Shown in pieces: positions 35,924 through 45,265 of a stretch of DNA of 64,000 nucleotides. A program made the translations under genes and the position numbers. The notes beneath the pieces were generated by a model that worked only from the letters and a program-made list of their open reading frames with translations, was not told where the DNA came from and ran no database searches. The stretch is from Capsulimonadaceae bacterium (GTDB lineage Bacteria > Armatimonadota > Armatimonadia > Armatimonadales > Capsulimonadaceae). Location: the NCBI GenBank assembly GCA_965215505.1, contig OZ244065.1, forward strand, positions 4,384,001 to 4,448,000. Direction: 5' to 3'. How positions within the stretch are numbered: the first letter of the stretch is position 1; each line of letters begins with the position of its first letter.

Positions 35924-36493
35924 TTACTTGTTCTGAGCCGTCTCCGCCGGGTCGGTCTTTTCCGGCTCCGGCGGGTGGGGATGGGCGGCATGGCGGTGCG
36001 AGGCATAAGGCGCGTTCAGGCGGCGGCAGAGCTTGGCGATCTCGCGCAGGCGGCCGATCTCGCGGTTCATGTCAACGTGCGCGATGTCGCGCCGGTCCAA
36101 TGAGTTAATCAGGCACTCGGCCAGGCGGATCGCGCCCAGCGCGACCACCTCATGGTCGTAATCCACCGTCACATAGAATCGCCCGCGCGGGTCCACGGTC
36201 CAGTTCCAGCGCGTCTCGCCGGACAGGGGGATGCCGACGCCGCGCCGTACCTGGTTCTGGATCTCCATGATCAGGTGTTCGAACAGGTGGGGAATCTCGG
36301 TCGCCTGCGCCTCCCGGCCGAAGGAAAGTCCCTCGTCGTTGAAGCAGTGCTGCGCGGCCATCTGCGGCAGCAGCTTGAACAGGATGCGCGGGATGTGCGG
36401 GCGCTCCTCCGTCGTGTAGGGACCCGTGTCCGGCATCTCGACCACCAGGGTCGCGCGCCCGCTGTCGTGAAAAACGATTTCGGTGACTTTCAA
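35924..36493 (-). CDS. Stand-alone cyanophycin synthetase N-terminal-like domain protein
   Basis: LLPQMAAQHC..EGLSF..EAQATEIPHLFEHLIMEIQN resembles the CphA1 N-domain LP.L.EH.C...GGF.....GT..GH..EH.ALELQ; TTG start. Confidence 0.65.
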   Translation of the reverse strand: MKVTEIVFHDSGRATLVVEMPDTGPYTTEERPHIPRILFKLLPQMAAQHCFNDEGLSFGREAQATEIPHLFEHLIMEIQNQVRRGVGIPLSGETRWNWTVDPRGRFYVTVDYDHEVVALGAIRLAECLINSLDRRDIAHVDMNREIGRLREIAKLCRRLNAPYASHRHAAHPHPPEPEKTDPAETAQNK

Positions 36494-36526
36494 GGTATTT
36501 CCCGTGCTTTTTGCCGGTCCAGACTC

Positions 36527-36555
36527 TTGACATTTCCTCGGGAAGAGTCTATAAT
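36527..36555 (+). promoter_or_regulatory. Consensus sigma70 promoter for tRNA-Asn
   Basis: TTGACA (36527)-17 nt-TATAAT (36550). Confidence 0.85.
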
Positions 36556-36569
36556 ATCGCTGGCTTTAT

Positions 36570-36645
36570 TCCCTGATAGCTCAATTGGCAGAGCGTTCGG
36601 CTGTTAACTGAAATGTTGTAGGTTCAAGTCCTACTCAGGGAGCCA
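36570..36645 (+). tRNA. tRNA-Asn (GTT)
   Basis: 76 nt; acceptor stem TCCCTGA/TCAGGGA, D arm AGCTCAATTGGCAGAGC, anticodon loop CTGTTAA, T loop GTTCAAG, encoded CCA. Confidence 0.96.
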
Positions 36646-36792
36646 CCCCTTTTCACGATGCTTTCACTAATCCCGTGAAGCTTTCACGAAGTCCTCTTTG
36701 ACAACCTCTCCCGCAGCCTATCGCATTGTATCATAAGAATTGGCGTTTGTCCAGGACTCGTTCTTCCCCACTTCCGTCATAGAAGGCAAACC

Positions 36793-37347
36793 ATGAACGC
36801 AGACTGGCTGGTGCGCGTCGGCCCCGTCGTCGGCGCGCTCTTCCTGGCGCGCATCGTCGGCCAGTGGCGCGGCTCCAAACGGCAGAAGGCAGCCATGACG
36901 ACGCCCCTGTTCGACGGTGCTCTCCTGGAAGCCGTCTTCCAGCCCCGCCCGCGCGACGGCGACGACGCCGACCTCTTGGCCGAGGTGCGGGACACCCTGG
37001 CCCACCTCAACCGCCAGGCCTGGGCCGAGGAGTTCTGGGGCCTGAACGAGCAGATCGCCGCCCTCTACGCCAAGATCGCCCCCCCCCAGCAGGCCACCCT
37101 GCGCCGCGCCCTCCTGCGCCTGCTGACCGCGAACGACCGCTGGCTCCAGCTCGTCGCCGCCAAGACCGCCGCAGACCTCGGCATGGCCGAGGCAATCCCC
37201 CCCCTGCGCGCCATCCTGGAGATGGGCGACTCCCAGACCTTCTCCGCCAGCAAGGCCGAATACTCCAGCGCCGACGCCGTCACCCTGCGCTTCCGCAAGG
37301 TGCTGGAAGAGGCGCTTGCGACCCTGACGATGGAGGCGACTCCATGA
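36793..37347 (+). CDS. Hypothetical protein with N-terminal TM segment and HEAT-like helical repeat
   Basis: GC3-biased codons, RBS GAAGG; QLVAAKTAADLGMAEAIPPL HEAT-like motif. Confidence 0.6.
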   Translation: MNADWLVRVGPVVGALFLARIVGQWRGSKRQKAAMTTPLFDGALLEAVFQPRPRDGDDADLLAEVRDTLAHLNRQAWAEEFWGLNEQIAALYAKIAPPQQATLRRALLRLLTANDRWLQLVAAKTAADLGMAEAIPPLRAILEMGDSQTFSASKAEYSSADAVTLRFRKVLEEALATLTMEATP

Positions 37348-37513
37348 AGTCACCGGCCCTCCGGGCTTCGGAGCGGTCCGTGTAGGGGTGCCGCTTGCCG
37401 CGCCCTCTGTATTCTCTATGCCCTCCGTATTCTCTATGCCCTGTCCAGCCTGCCGCGCTCTCCTAATGCCTCTCCCATGAACCCGCCCGCTAGGCCCACT
37501 GAAAGCCCCGCCC

Positions 37514-38005
37514 ATGAAGTTCGACTACACCCTCGACTACAAGACCCTGGACCTGCGCGCCCACCCCGAGCTGTACCGCATCGGGGTGGGGGAGCAGGGC
37601 GTCCTCCTGGTCGAGCCGTACAAGAGCGAGATCCTGCCCCACTGGCGCTTCGCCACCCCCGACGCCGCCCGCGAGTCCTCCGAAGCCATCTGGGCGATGT
37701 TCCAGGACTACGGCCGTCAAAACGACTTCGTGGGAATGGATCTCGCCAGGAAGTTCTTACAGATGGGAATGACCCGCGCCCGCCGCTACGCGAACCACAA
37801 AGGCGGCCACAAATACGACGGCCCCGTCCCCGAAGACAAGCGCGGCCAGAGCGGCGCACACGGCCGGGCCGTCCTGCCCTACACCACCGACCCAATCAAG
37901 GCCGAATCGGCCGCCATCTTTCGGGCTAAGTGGGAAGAAGCCAAGGCCGACCCCACCTACCAACGGCTGATGCAGAGGCACCGGGAGATGTACGAAATGG
38001 GATGA
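37514..38005 (+). CDS. DUF4385 family protein
   Basis: YRIGVGEQGVLLVEPYKSEILPHWRF and DFVGMDLARKFLQMGMTRARRYANHKGG. Confidence 0.85.
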   Translation: MKFDYTLDYKTLDLRAHPELYRIGVGEQGVLLVEPYKSEILPHWRFATPDAARESSEAIWAMFQDYGRQNDFVGMDLARKFLQMGMTRARRYANHKGGHKYDGPVPEDKRGQSGAHGRAVLPYTTDPIKAESAAIFRAKWEEAKADPTYQRLMQRHREMYEMG

Positions 38006-38080
38006 TCTTCTCTCTGTCTTGCCGGATGCGGCCTGCTGTCGCGAGGGGGAAAGATACACGGCAGGAATGAATGGAATAAC

Positions 38081-38568
38081 ATGAACACGCGCAAGCCCCC
38101 TGGATCTGGTGGTTAGGGATCACATTGCTGGTCCTGCTCTTCTTCGGCTTCATCTGCCAGCGGCTCGGGACGCTGAGGGGCCTCCTCGGCATGCGACCCT
38201 TACCGCCGAACAGCTTCCTTGGCTACCAGTTCGGGACGCCAAACCGCGTCCCGCCGCCGAGCATCGCCATTAACCTGTATGACCCGAACATCATCGAAGT
38301 CGCGGATTTTGGACCCGCAACCATGACCGGTGTCCGAGCCTCGATCTCTGGTGTTCCGCCGGTGTATCTTGGGACCATTCGGCCCCTCAAGAGCGGCAGA
38401 AATCTGTCCAGCCAGATCGCCAAGACTTCTTTCTGGATACCGCATCCTTGGCCTGTTGGGTCGCCACGATATATGAAGATACGTCTGCAATACTGGGCCG
38501 ATGGCTATCTACAGGACGGCACCTATACCATCAGGGCATACCCTAAGCCACCATTTGAGCCTTTCTGA
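38081..38568 (+). pseudogene. Hypothetical membrane-anchored protein, apparently frameshifted in a C5 run
   Basis: ATG 38081 (MNTRKP) is out of frame with WIWWLGITLLVLLFFGF...; adding one C to CCCCC (38096-38100) joins them. Otherwise a TTG start at 38125. Confidence 0.45.
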
Positions 38569-38656
38569 GAAGTGTTACTCGGCTCGCCGCTCCCCCCCGT
38601 GAAACCCTGTAAGCTCTGCGTGGTTAACGGATGAAGGCGCTCTCCGACTCAAGTCA

Positions 38657-38913
38657 CTGATGTTACGCACTGTCTGCCGCCTCTCCCTAGTACGCTACCC
38701 CGGCGGAGCGAGCGGGCTGGGAGCGGGCCGAGTGGTTGAAAACCACTCGCTAGGAGAAGCGTTCTGCGAACGGGAATACGGATGCCGGATGTCTCCGCCC
38801 CCAAGGGGCCATTTCGGGGCCATCTCCTGTGTCCGCAGGACACTTCTCCTAGCGAGTGGTTTTCAACCACTCGGCACTCGGCTCGGCACGCGGCTATGCC
38901 TGCGTAACATCAG
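38657..38913. mobile_element. Non-autonomous MITE, 257 bp, with 13-bp TIRs and 8-bp target site duplication, carrying an internal REP doublet
   Basis: TIR CTGATGTTACGCA (38657-38669) / TGCGTAACATCAG (38901-38913); direct repeat TCAAGTCA at 38649-38656 and 38914-38921; internal inverted arms 38727-38875. Confidence 0.85.
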
Positions 38914-38989
38914 TCAAGTCATCCTCTCCCCTTCCGATCCTCTCCTCGGTAGTTGCCCTCCGGGTAGCCAGTGCTGCGCCGGGAGAGGT

Positions 38990-41440
38990 TCACCCCTTCA
39001 CCCGCACCGCCCTCCCGTCATCCAGCACCACCAGCACATTGTCGCCCAGGCTGGTGTAAGCCGCCAAGCTCGGGTACTTCTTCAGCAGGGCGAAATGGGC
39101 GTCGCTGAAGGCCTGCACGGTCAGCACGTCCTTCTGCTTGGCCGCGTCGTAGGCGCTGTCGGTCCAGACGCCGCCTTGCAGGGTGAAGGTCTTCGTGCCC
39201 ACCGTGCGGACCCGGTCGCCGACGGCCTTGGCCTGGTCCGCGTCATAGCCGGCCAGGCCGCTGGCGACCGAGGCGCTTTTCGTGGCGCGCAATGCCTGGC
39301 TCTGGGTCGTGGCGACCGGCCCGCTCAGGGCGGCATACGCCTGGGGCGGGGCAGGGGAAGGAGATTTCAGGATCGGTCCGCCGAAGCCGCCTCCTCCACC
39401 GAAACCGCCCCCGCCGACGAACGGCGGCGGGGCGGGCACCGGGACTCCGCGCCGGATGCCGTGCAGGGGGCCGCCGAACGGCGCGTTCTCCTCGCTGCCG
39501 TCCGTCACCAGGAATGAGGTGTAGGGGGTGACGACCCCATACTCTTTGGACAGGCGCACGACCTCAGCCACCAGTTCCGGGTCGTCCGCGCTGCCGCTGC
39601 CGCCGGTCGTGTCCGTCTGGCGCAGGCGGATCGCGTCCAGAAGGTAACCGATCTTGCGCGTCGCCCACAGGCGCGGCAGGAAGTCGTTCGTGTCCGCCAC
39701 GGCGGGCAGCGTCGTCGCCAGGGAACAGGAAACCGGCCTGCCGCCGACGTTCCCCGTCAAGCGGGCGGTGACCGGGCCGCTGCCCGTGTAGCGGCCGGCA
39801 ATCAACAACTGCGAGCCGGTGAACAGGTCGGGCAGCTCGGACGGGTTCGGGTACAGCTCCGCCGTCTGCGCGCCGCCGATCTCGACATGCACATCCGTCA
39901 GCACCGGCGAGGCGACCTTCTTGTAGAAGCGCGAGACCTTGGCCTCGATGTCCTCCTCGGGCCGGACGTAGTCCGAGTCGCCCCGGTTCGCCTGGGCCAG
40001 ACGGTCCAAAAAGTGGACGTCCACGTCGTACCCGACGCCGAAGTCGAACAGGCGGACGTGACGCGCCCGGCTCAGGGCGCGCGCCCCCGCCGTGATCTTC
40101 GCGTCGTCCGTCTCGCCCACCGTCGGCAGGCCGTCGGTCAGGAAGATCGTCATGTTCTGGCTGCCGCCGTCCCCGCCCGCCTCGGCCGGGAACATCTTCA
40201 GGGCGGCGTCCAGGGCGTCATGGATGTTCGTCCCGCCCTCCGCCTCGATCCCCCGGACGAAGGCCAGGCCGCGCTTGACGTTGTCCGGGGTGGCCCGCAG
40301 CAGGCCGCCGGGGCTGAGGATATCGTTCGACTCGTTGAACGTCATCACGTTGAACTCGTCGCCCGGCCGCAGGGCTTGCAGGACATAGGCTAGCGCGCTC
40401 CGGGCCTGCTCGATCTTCGGCCCGGCCATCGAGCCGGACCGGTCCAGCACCAGCACGACGCGCTTGGGCAGGGCGGGGGCGTCCGGCAGGGCCATCTTGG
40501 GCGAGGCCATCAAGAGGAAGTAGCCCGAGTCGCGCTTGCCCTCCGCGCCCGGCGTGAAGGCCGCCGTCCGCGCGCCCGCCAGGGAGACGTTGTAGGCCAG
40601 CAGCCCCAGGCCCACCGGGTCCTTCCGCACGGTGCTGTAGTAAAGGATGAAGTCGTCCTTGACCCGCGCGTCCTTCGCCTCCCAGGTGACGGTCGCCGCC
40701 GTGTCACCCGTCCGGCGGATGCTGACGTCGTGCGTCGGGGAGTAGATGTTGGCGAGCGCCTCGCCGTCCTGCAATGTTACCTGCACCGTCGTCTCGCGCG
40801 GCAGCGGCCCGCCCGCCGCGCCGCCGCCCAGCGTCCCGCCGAGGAACGAGTAGACGTACTTGCGGGCGTCCCCGCCCTCGGGCGGCAGGGCTTCCGCGTA
40901 CTTCAGAGTCACCCGGCGCGTCGCGTGGGGCGGGACCGGGTACAGCTTGACCTCATAGGCCCCGCGCCCGACATAGCGCAGCAGGGCCGGGTCGCGCTGA
41001 CGCCGGACGATGCCCTCGTAGGTATCGGCGGCCTGGTCCTTGTCCAGCAGCCGCCCGGTCATCTGCTTGTCCCCGTCATACAGCGCGAAATCCGAGACGG
41101 TCGCGCCCTCCGGCAGCGGGAACAGGTACGAGCCTTCCTGCGCCATGTCCGTGTCGTTGCGCCAGATCTGCTCCACCTCCGTCTGCGCGACTCCCCCCGC
41201 CATCGCCGTGCGGATGTGGACCGCATCAATCGTCAGCACCTGCTGGAAGGCCGGCCGCCAGACCGGCGGGGGTGCCCAATCGGGCGGACTCGGCCAAACC
41301 GGCGGATGTGGGCGCGGCCTGACTTCTTGCCGCACCTGGGCATGAACGGGGGATGTAGGGCGGGCGGCGTACAGCGCCCCGGCCCCGACCACCAGGGGTA
41401 GGGCGACCATCAGCATCGAGCGGGTAGGGATGAGCGGCAT
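38990..41440 (-). CDS. VIT + von Willebrand factor A domain protein (inter-alpha-trypsin inhibitor-like), secreted
   Basis: Signal/TM segment; EGSYLFPLPEGATVSDF and YEGIVRRQRDPALL (VIT); LVLDRSGSM, GGTNIHDAL and FLTDGLPTVG (MIDAS). Confidence 0.9.
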   Translation of the reverse strand: MPLIPTRSMLMVALPLVVGAGALYAARPTSPVHAQVRQEVRPRPHPPVWPSPPDWAPPPVWRPAFQQVLTIDAVHIRTAMAGGVAQTEVEQIWRNDTDMAQEGSYLFPLPEGATVSDFALYDGDKQMTGRLLDKDQAADTYEGIVRRQRDPALLRYVGRGAYEVKLYPVPPHATRRVTLKYAEALPPEGGDARKYVYSFLGGTLGGGAAGGPLPRETTVQVTLQDGEALANIYSPTHDVSIRRTGDTAATVTWEAKDARVKDDFILYYSTVRKDPVGLGLLAYNVSLAGARTAAFTPGAEGKRDSGYFLLMASPKMALPDAPALPKRVVLVLDRSGSMAGPKIEQARSALAYVLQALRPGDEFNVMTFNESNDILSPGGLLRATPDNVKRGLAFVRGIEAEGGTNIHDALDAALKMFPAEAGGDGGSQNMTIFLTDGLPTVGETDDAKITAGARALSRARHVRLFDFGVGYDVDVHFLDRLAQANRGDSDYVRPEEDIEAKVSRFYKKVASPVLTDVHVEIGGAQTAELYPNPSELPDLFTGSQLLIAGRYTGSGPVTARLTGNVGGRPVSCSLATTLPAVADTNDFLPRLWATRKIGYLLDAIRLRQTDTTGGSGSADDPELVAEVVRLSKEYGVVTPYTSFLVTDGSEENAPFGGPLHGIRRGVPVPAPPPFVGGGGFGGGGGFGGPILKSPSPAPPQAYAALSGPVATTQSQALRATKSASVASGLAGYDADQAKAVGDRVRTVGTKTFTLQGGVWTDSAYDAAKQKDVLTVQAFSDAHFALLKKYPSLAAYTSLGDNVLVVLDDGRAVRVKG

Positions 41441-41532
41441 CACGGTTCTCCTTGCGAAGCGGGCTTCTTGGGCCATTAGACCCGCCCCACACCGAGGGGC
41501 TTCAATCCGTCGGTAATCATGAAGAACGGTGT

Positions 41533-42996
41533 TCACACCGAATACATCGTCTCCAAATCCACCAGCACAAGTCTCTTTGGCTCCTGGGCCGCCGCGATCT
41601 CCGTCAGACGCGGCGTGAACCCGGAGCGGGAGAACAGGACCAGGACGGGGTCGGAGCCGTCGAGGCCGGCGAGTGTCAGGTCGCGCTGCAAGGCGGCGTA
41701 CTCGCGGACATCCACCGCCGCCTCGGTCCACTTGCAGGAGCCGGCCAGGACCACCTGGCCGCGCATGTCCGTCGCCATCACGTCTATCTCGCGGTCCCCA
41801 ACGCCCCACCACGTCCCGACCTCGGTGAACCCCGTTTCGGCCAGGGGCGCGACCGACGCGGGGCGCGCCTCCGAGGCAAGGACGCGCCAGAGGAACTGGC
41901 GACAGGCGCGCTCGAATGCGGGACGGGAGACGTACTGGCTCAGGGAGGGCGCGATGGTCTGCTCCCAGAGCCGTGCCCCCAGGCCGCGAACGATCAGGCT
42001 GCGCGCGGGGTCCACATAGCGATACCAGAAGTCCAAATAGTTGTCGGCGAGGAAATACAGCGAGTTGCGTGAGCGGGCCTGGCCGCGCTCCGTGATCGGC
42101 ACCTCGCGTACCAGCAGGCCCATCTCCTGCAAGGTCGTGAGCTGCGGGGCCACGTCCTGCGCCGCCCCCTTGCCGATCGTCTTGGCGATCTCGGACGGGC
42201 GGCGGTCGCCCTGTGCCACAGCCCGGAGGATGGAGCCGTAGGTGACATCGCGCCGCAGGTCTTCCAGCAGCAGCCAGTTCGGTTCTTCGGAAAGATAGGT
42301 GTTGCGCCGGAGTACCGTCGCCATCAGGTTCCCCGCGATACCGATGCCGGGGTCGAATTGTTCCAGGTAGGAGGGCATCCCGCCGAGAATCGCATACGCC
42401 TCCATCCTCTCGCGCGGAGAATAGCTGGGGAAGAACAGGCCGGCGTCGGCATAGTCCATCGGCTCCAATTTGAGCGCCCCGGTGCGGCGATTATAAAGCG
42501 GGGCATTGCTATCCAACACTTGCCGCTCCATAAAGGCGACATAGGAGCCGGCGAGGAAGACCTTCAGGTTGGGACGGCGCTTGTTGGCGTCCCACCAGTG
42601 CTGGAGGGTGGTCAGCAGGCCGGCGTCCACATCCGCGAGGTAGGGCAGTTCATCAATCACGACGACGACTGGAACGGGATTACCGACCGCCTCGCGTTCG
42701 GCGGCTTGATGAACAAGGAAGTCCAGGAAAACGGGGACCGAGGCGAAAGGCTGCCCCAAAAACGTCTCCGGGTAGGCCTCTCGGGCGGCCCCGGTGAGTG
42801 CCGCTAGCTGAAGCGGCAGAGTGCGGCGTGTCGCCCGGTAAAAGATGTAAGGGAAGGCTGCCTCCTGCAAAGCCTGCTCCAGCAGGGCGCTTTTCCCGAC
42901 GCCCCGCCGGCCGTACACGATGATCAACTCAGAGCGCGGTGAGGAAAGCACCCCTCCCAGCATGGCGCGTTCCTGCTCTCGGTCATAAAACTGCAT
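41533..42996 (-). CDS. Archaeal-type AAA ATPase with winged helix and C-terminal DUF234 PD-(D/E)xK-like domain
   Basis: FYDREQE, YGRRGVGKS Walker A, VVIDELPYL Walker B, GGMPSYL, WWG..DREIDV and GSCKW motifs. Confidence 0.88.
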   Translation of the reverse strand: MQFYDREQERAMLGGVLSSPRSELIIVYGRRGVGKSALLEQALQEAAFPYIFYRATRRTLPLQLAALTGAAREAYPETFLGQPFASVPVFLDFLVHQAAEREAVGNPVPVVVVIDELPYLADVDAGLLTTLQHWWDANKRRPNLKVFLAGSYVAFMERQVLDSNAPLYNRRTGALKLEPMDYADAGLFFPSYSPRERMEAYAILGGMPSYLEQFDPGIGIAGNLMATVLRRNTYLSEEPNWLLLEDLRRDVTYGSILRAVAQGDRRPSEIAKTIGKGAAQDVAPQLTTLQEMGLLVREVPITERGQARSRNSLYFLADNYLDFWYRYVDPARSLIVRGLGARLWEQTIAPSLSQYVSRPAFERACRQFLWRVLASEARPASVAPLAETGFTEVGTWWGVGDREIDVMATDMRGQVVLAGSCKWTEAAVDVREYAALQRDLTLAGLDGSDPVLVLFSRSGFTPRLTEIAAAQEPKRLVLVDLETMYSV

Positions 42997-43021
42997 AGTA
43001 GTCCCCTGAATAGTATAATCA

Positions 43022-43051
43022 TAATTAGTATAATCGTGATTATACTAATTA
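43022..43051. promoter_or_regulatory. Perfect 14-bp inverted repeat (putative operator) between divergent genes
   Basis: TAATTAGTATAATC-GT-GATTATACTAATTA, plus an extra half-site TAGTATAATC at 43011. Confidence 0.65.
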
Positions 43052-43117
43052 CGGTGTGGAAACGCAAGCGTTCCAAAATCGGCATCAAGACAGTATAATC
43101 TGTCGGAGGCTTTTTGT

Positions 43118-44185
43118 ATGACCGACGCCCTAGCCCTTGTCCGTGAACTCATCGCCCTCCCCGGCCCGCCGGGGCAGGAGGACTTGGTACGCACCACCGT
43201 CGCCGCCCATGCCGACCGGCTGGGGTGCGCCCACGAAACCGACGCGCGGGGGAACCTGCTCCTGTCCCTGCCCGGCGCGGGCAATATCCCCGCCCATCCC
43301 GACATCGTGGTGATGGCGCACCTGGACGAGATCGCCATGCTCGTCGTCGGGGCCGAGGCGGACGGGCGGCTGGCGATCACCAGTTTGGGCGGCGCGTACC
43401 CGTGGAAGTGGGGCGAAGGGCCTGTTCAGATTTTGGCTTCGGGTGGGCCGCTGACCGGCATCCTGTCCTTCGGGAGCATCCACACCAACGACGGCGGCAG
43501 CACGGCGGCCCAGGCGCGGGAGCGGGCCTTGACCTGGGGCGATGCGCGGGTCTGGACCGGCCTGACCGTGGAGGAACTGGCCGGGCGCGGCGTCCGGGCG
43601 GGGACGCGCGTCGTCCTGCACCCGTCCCAGCGGACCCTGACCGAAGTGGGCGAGTTCGTCTCCGCGCCCTTCCTGGACGACCGGGCGGATGTCGCCGCCC
43701 TGCTGCTGGCTTTAGAAAGAGACGACGTGAAGGGCATGGACCCTGCCCGCGTTCTGTTCGCCGCGACTGCCGCCGAGGAGGTGGGCTGCCATGGGGCGCT
43801 CTGGCTGCTGAACCAGCGCCCCGCCGCCGTCGGGATCGCGCTGGAGATCGGGCCGCGCGTGCCGGAAAGTCCGTTCGTCCTAGATGACCAGCCGACCGTC
43901 TGGGTCAACGACGGCTACAGCGCCATGCAGGCCCGCGACATTGACCTGGTGGCGCGCGCCGCCCGGCGGATCGGGCTAACGCCCCACTTCCAGGCCCTCT
44001 CGCGGGGCGGCAGTGACGCCTCCTGCGGGGCCTCGCGCGGCCTGGTCGCCCGCCCCATCACGCTGGCCTTCGGCGCGGAGAACTCGCACGGCCACGAGAT
44101 CATGCACCGGAACGCCGTCCCGAACCTGGCCGCGCTGCTCGCGGCGACTCTGACGGAGGTTTTAGGGGAGGGGAACCGTGGGTGA
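43118..44185 (+). CDS. M42 family metallo-aminopeptidase
   Basis: PGPPGQE, MAHLDEI, LDDRA, AEEVGCHGA, GGSDA and NSHGHE motifs. Confidence 0.9.
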   Translation: MTDALALVRELIALPGPPGQEDLVRTTVAAHADRLGCAHETDARGNLLLSLPGAGNIPAHPDIVVMAHLDEIAMLVVGAEADGRLAITSLGGAYPWKWGEGPVQILASGGPLTGILSFGSIHTNDGGSTAAQARERALTWGDARVWTGLTVEELAGRGVRAGTRVVLHPSQRTLTEVGEFVSAPFLDDRADVAALLLALERDDVKGMDPARVLFAATAAEEVGCHGALWLLNQRPAAVGIALEIGPRVPESPFVLDDQPTVWVNDGYSAMQARDIDLVARAARRIGLTPHFQALSRGGSDASCGASRGLVARPITLAFGAENSHGHEIMHRNAVPNLAALLAATLTEVLGEGNRG

Positions 44186-44636
44186 CATTTCACACGGCGG
44201 CGTCTTCGAGCTGCGGTTGAACCCGCAGTATTACGACTTCGACCCGTCCGGCATCGCGCACAACGTCGTCTACATCCGCTGGCTAGAAGACGGCCGGCTG
44301 GCCTTCCAGAGCGCAAGTGCCTGGCCGCCGGACCGGCTCTATGCCGCCGACATCGCCGCCGCCCTGACCCGCACCGAGATCGTCTACAAAAAGCCCATCC
44401 GCCTGTCCGACCCCGTCACGCTCCGGGTCTGGGTGACGCACGTCGGCCGGTCCGCCCTGTCGCTGGCCCTGCGCTTCCTCCACCCGGAGACGGGTCTGGA
44501 ATACGCCCGCGCCGAGCAGAGCGGCTGCTTCGTCCGCCGCTCTACGGGCCGCCCCATCGCCATGCCCGCCGAGTTCCTGGAGTTCTGCCGGTCCTACTTG
44601 GCCCAGGTAGGATTGCCGGGAAGCGATGAAAGATGA
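44178..44636 (+). CDS. Acyl-CoA thioesterase (4HBT/YbgC hotdog fold)
   Basis: DFDPSGIAHNVVYIRWLEDGR and EIVYKKPIRLSD motifs. Confidence 0.88.
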   Translation: MGDISHGGVFELRLNPQYYDFDPSGIAHNVVYIRWLEDGRLAFQSASAWPPDRLYAADIAAALTRTEIVYKKPIRLSDPVTLRVWVTHVGRSALSLALRFLHPETGLEYARAEQSGCFVRRSTGRPIAMPAEFLEFCRSYLAQVGLPGSDER

Positions 44637-44687
44637 AACTTTTCGCCCGCCTTTTCTGTTATATAAAGGGTAAGAGGTAACTAACCC

Positions 44688-45206
44688 ATGAAGACATCAC
44701 GCCGCGATTTCCTGCGCAACTCCCTCCTCGGCACCGCCGCCGTCGGCGGCGCATTGCTCCTCAGCCGCTCCGGCCTGATGGGCGTCGCCGACGCCAAGCC
44801 CGCCGACCCCCGCCATTATGCCGTCGTCAAGACCGACGCCGAATGGAAGAAGCTCCTGACCCCCGTCCAGTACCACGTCCTGCGCGAGCAGGGCACGGAG
44901 CCGGCCTTCTCCGGCCAGTATGAGGCGAAGGGGAAGGGCATCTATGAGTGCGCCGCGTGCCACAATCCGCTGTTCAGCACGGACACGCAGTTCGACTCGG
45001 GCACGGGCTGGCCGAGCTTCTGGCAGCCCCTTTCCAAGACCAGCGTTTTCACCCGGACCGATGACAGCCTGGGCATGACCCGCGACGAGGTCGTCTGCAA
45101 CCGCTGCGGCTCCCATCTGGGCCACGTCTTCAACGACGGCCCCAAGCCGACGGGCCTGCGTTACTGCATGAACTCGGTCGCGATGAAGTTCGTGAAGAAG
45201 GCGTAA
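44688..45206 (+). CDS. msrB: Peptide-methionine (R)-S-oxide reductase, Tat-exported
   Basis: SRRDFL Tat signal; [32 protein letters not shown] and LRYCMNS motifs. Confidence 0.96.
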   Translation: MKTSRRDFLRNSLLGTAAVGGALLLSRSGLMGVADAKPADPRHYAVVKTDAEWKKLLTPVQYHVLREQGTEPAFSGQYEAKGKGIYECAACHNPLFSTDTQFDSGTGWPSFWQPLSKTSVFTRTDDSLGMTRDEVVCNRCGSHLGHVFNDGPKPTGLRYCMNSVAMKFVKKA

Positions 45207-45229
45207 GCGTTGAGAGACTTTTTCCAAAG

Positions 45230-45265
45230 GGGCGGCGCGGACTGTTCAGTCCGCGCCGCCTTTTT
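45230..45265 (+). terminator. Intrinsic terminator after msrB
   Basis: GGCGGCGCGGACTG-TT-CAGTCCGCGCCGCC followed by TTTTT. Confidence 0.8.

Noticed and set aside
36570-38990. Integrative island at tRNA-Asn
   Set aside because: Accessory-looking genes follow, but I found no integrase and no duplicated tRNA 3' end in the window
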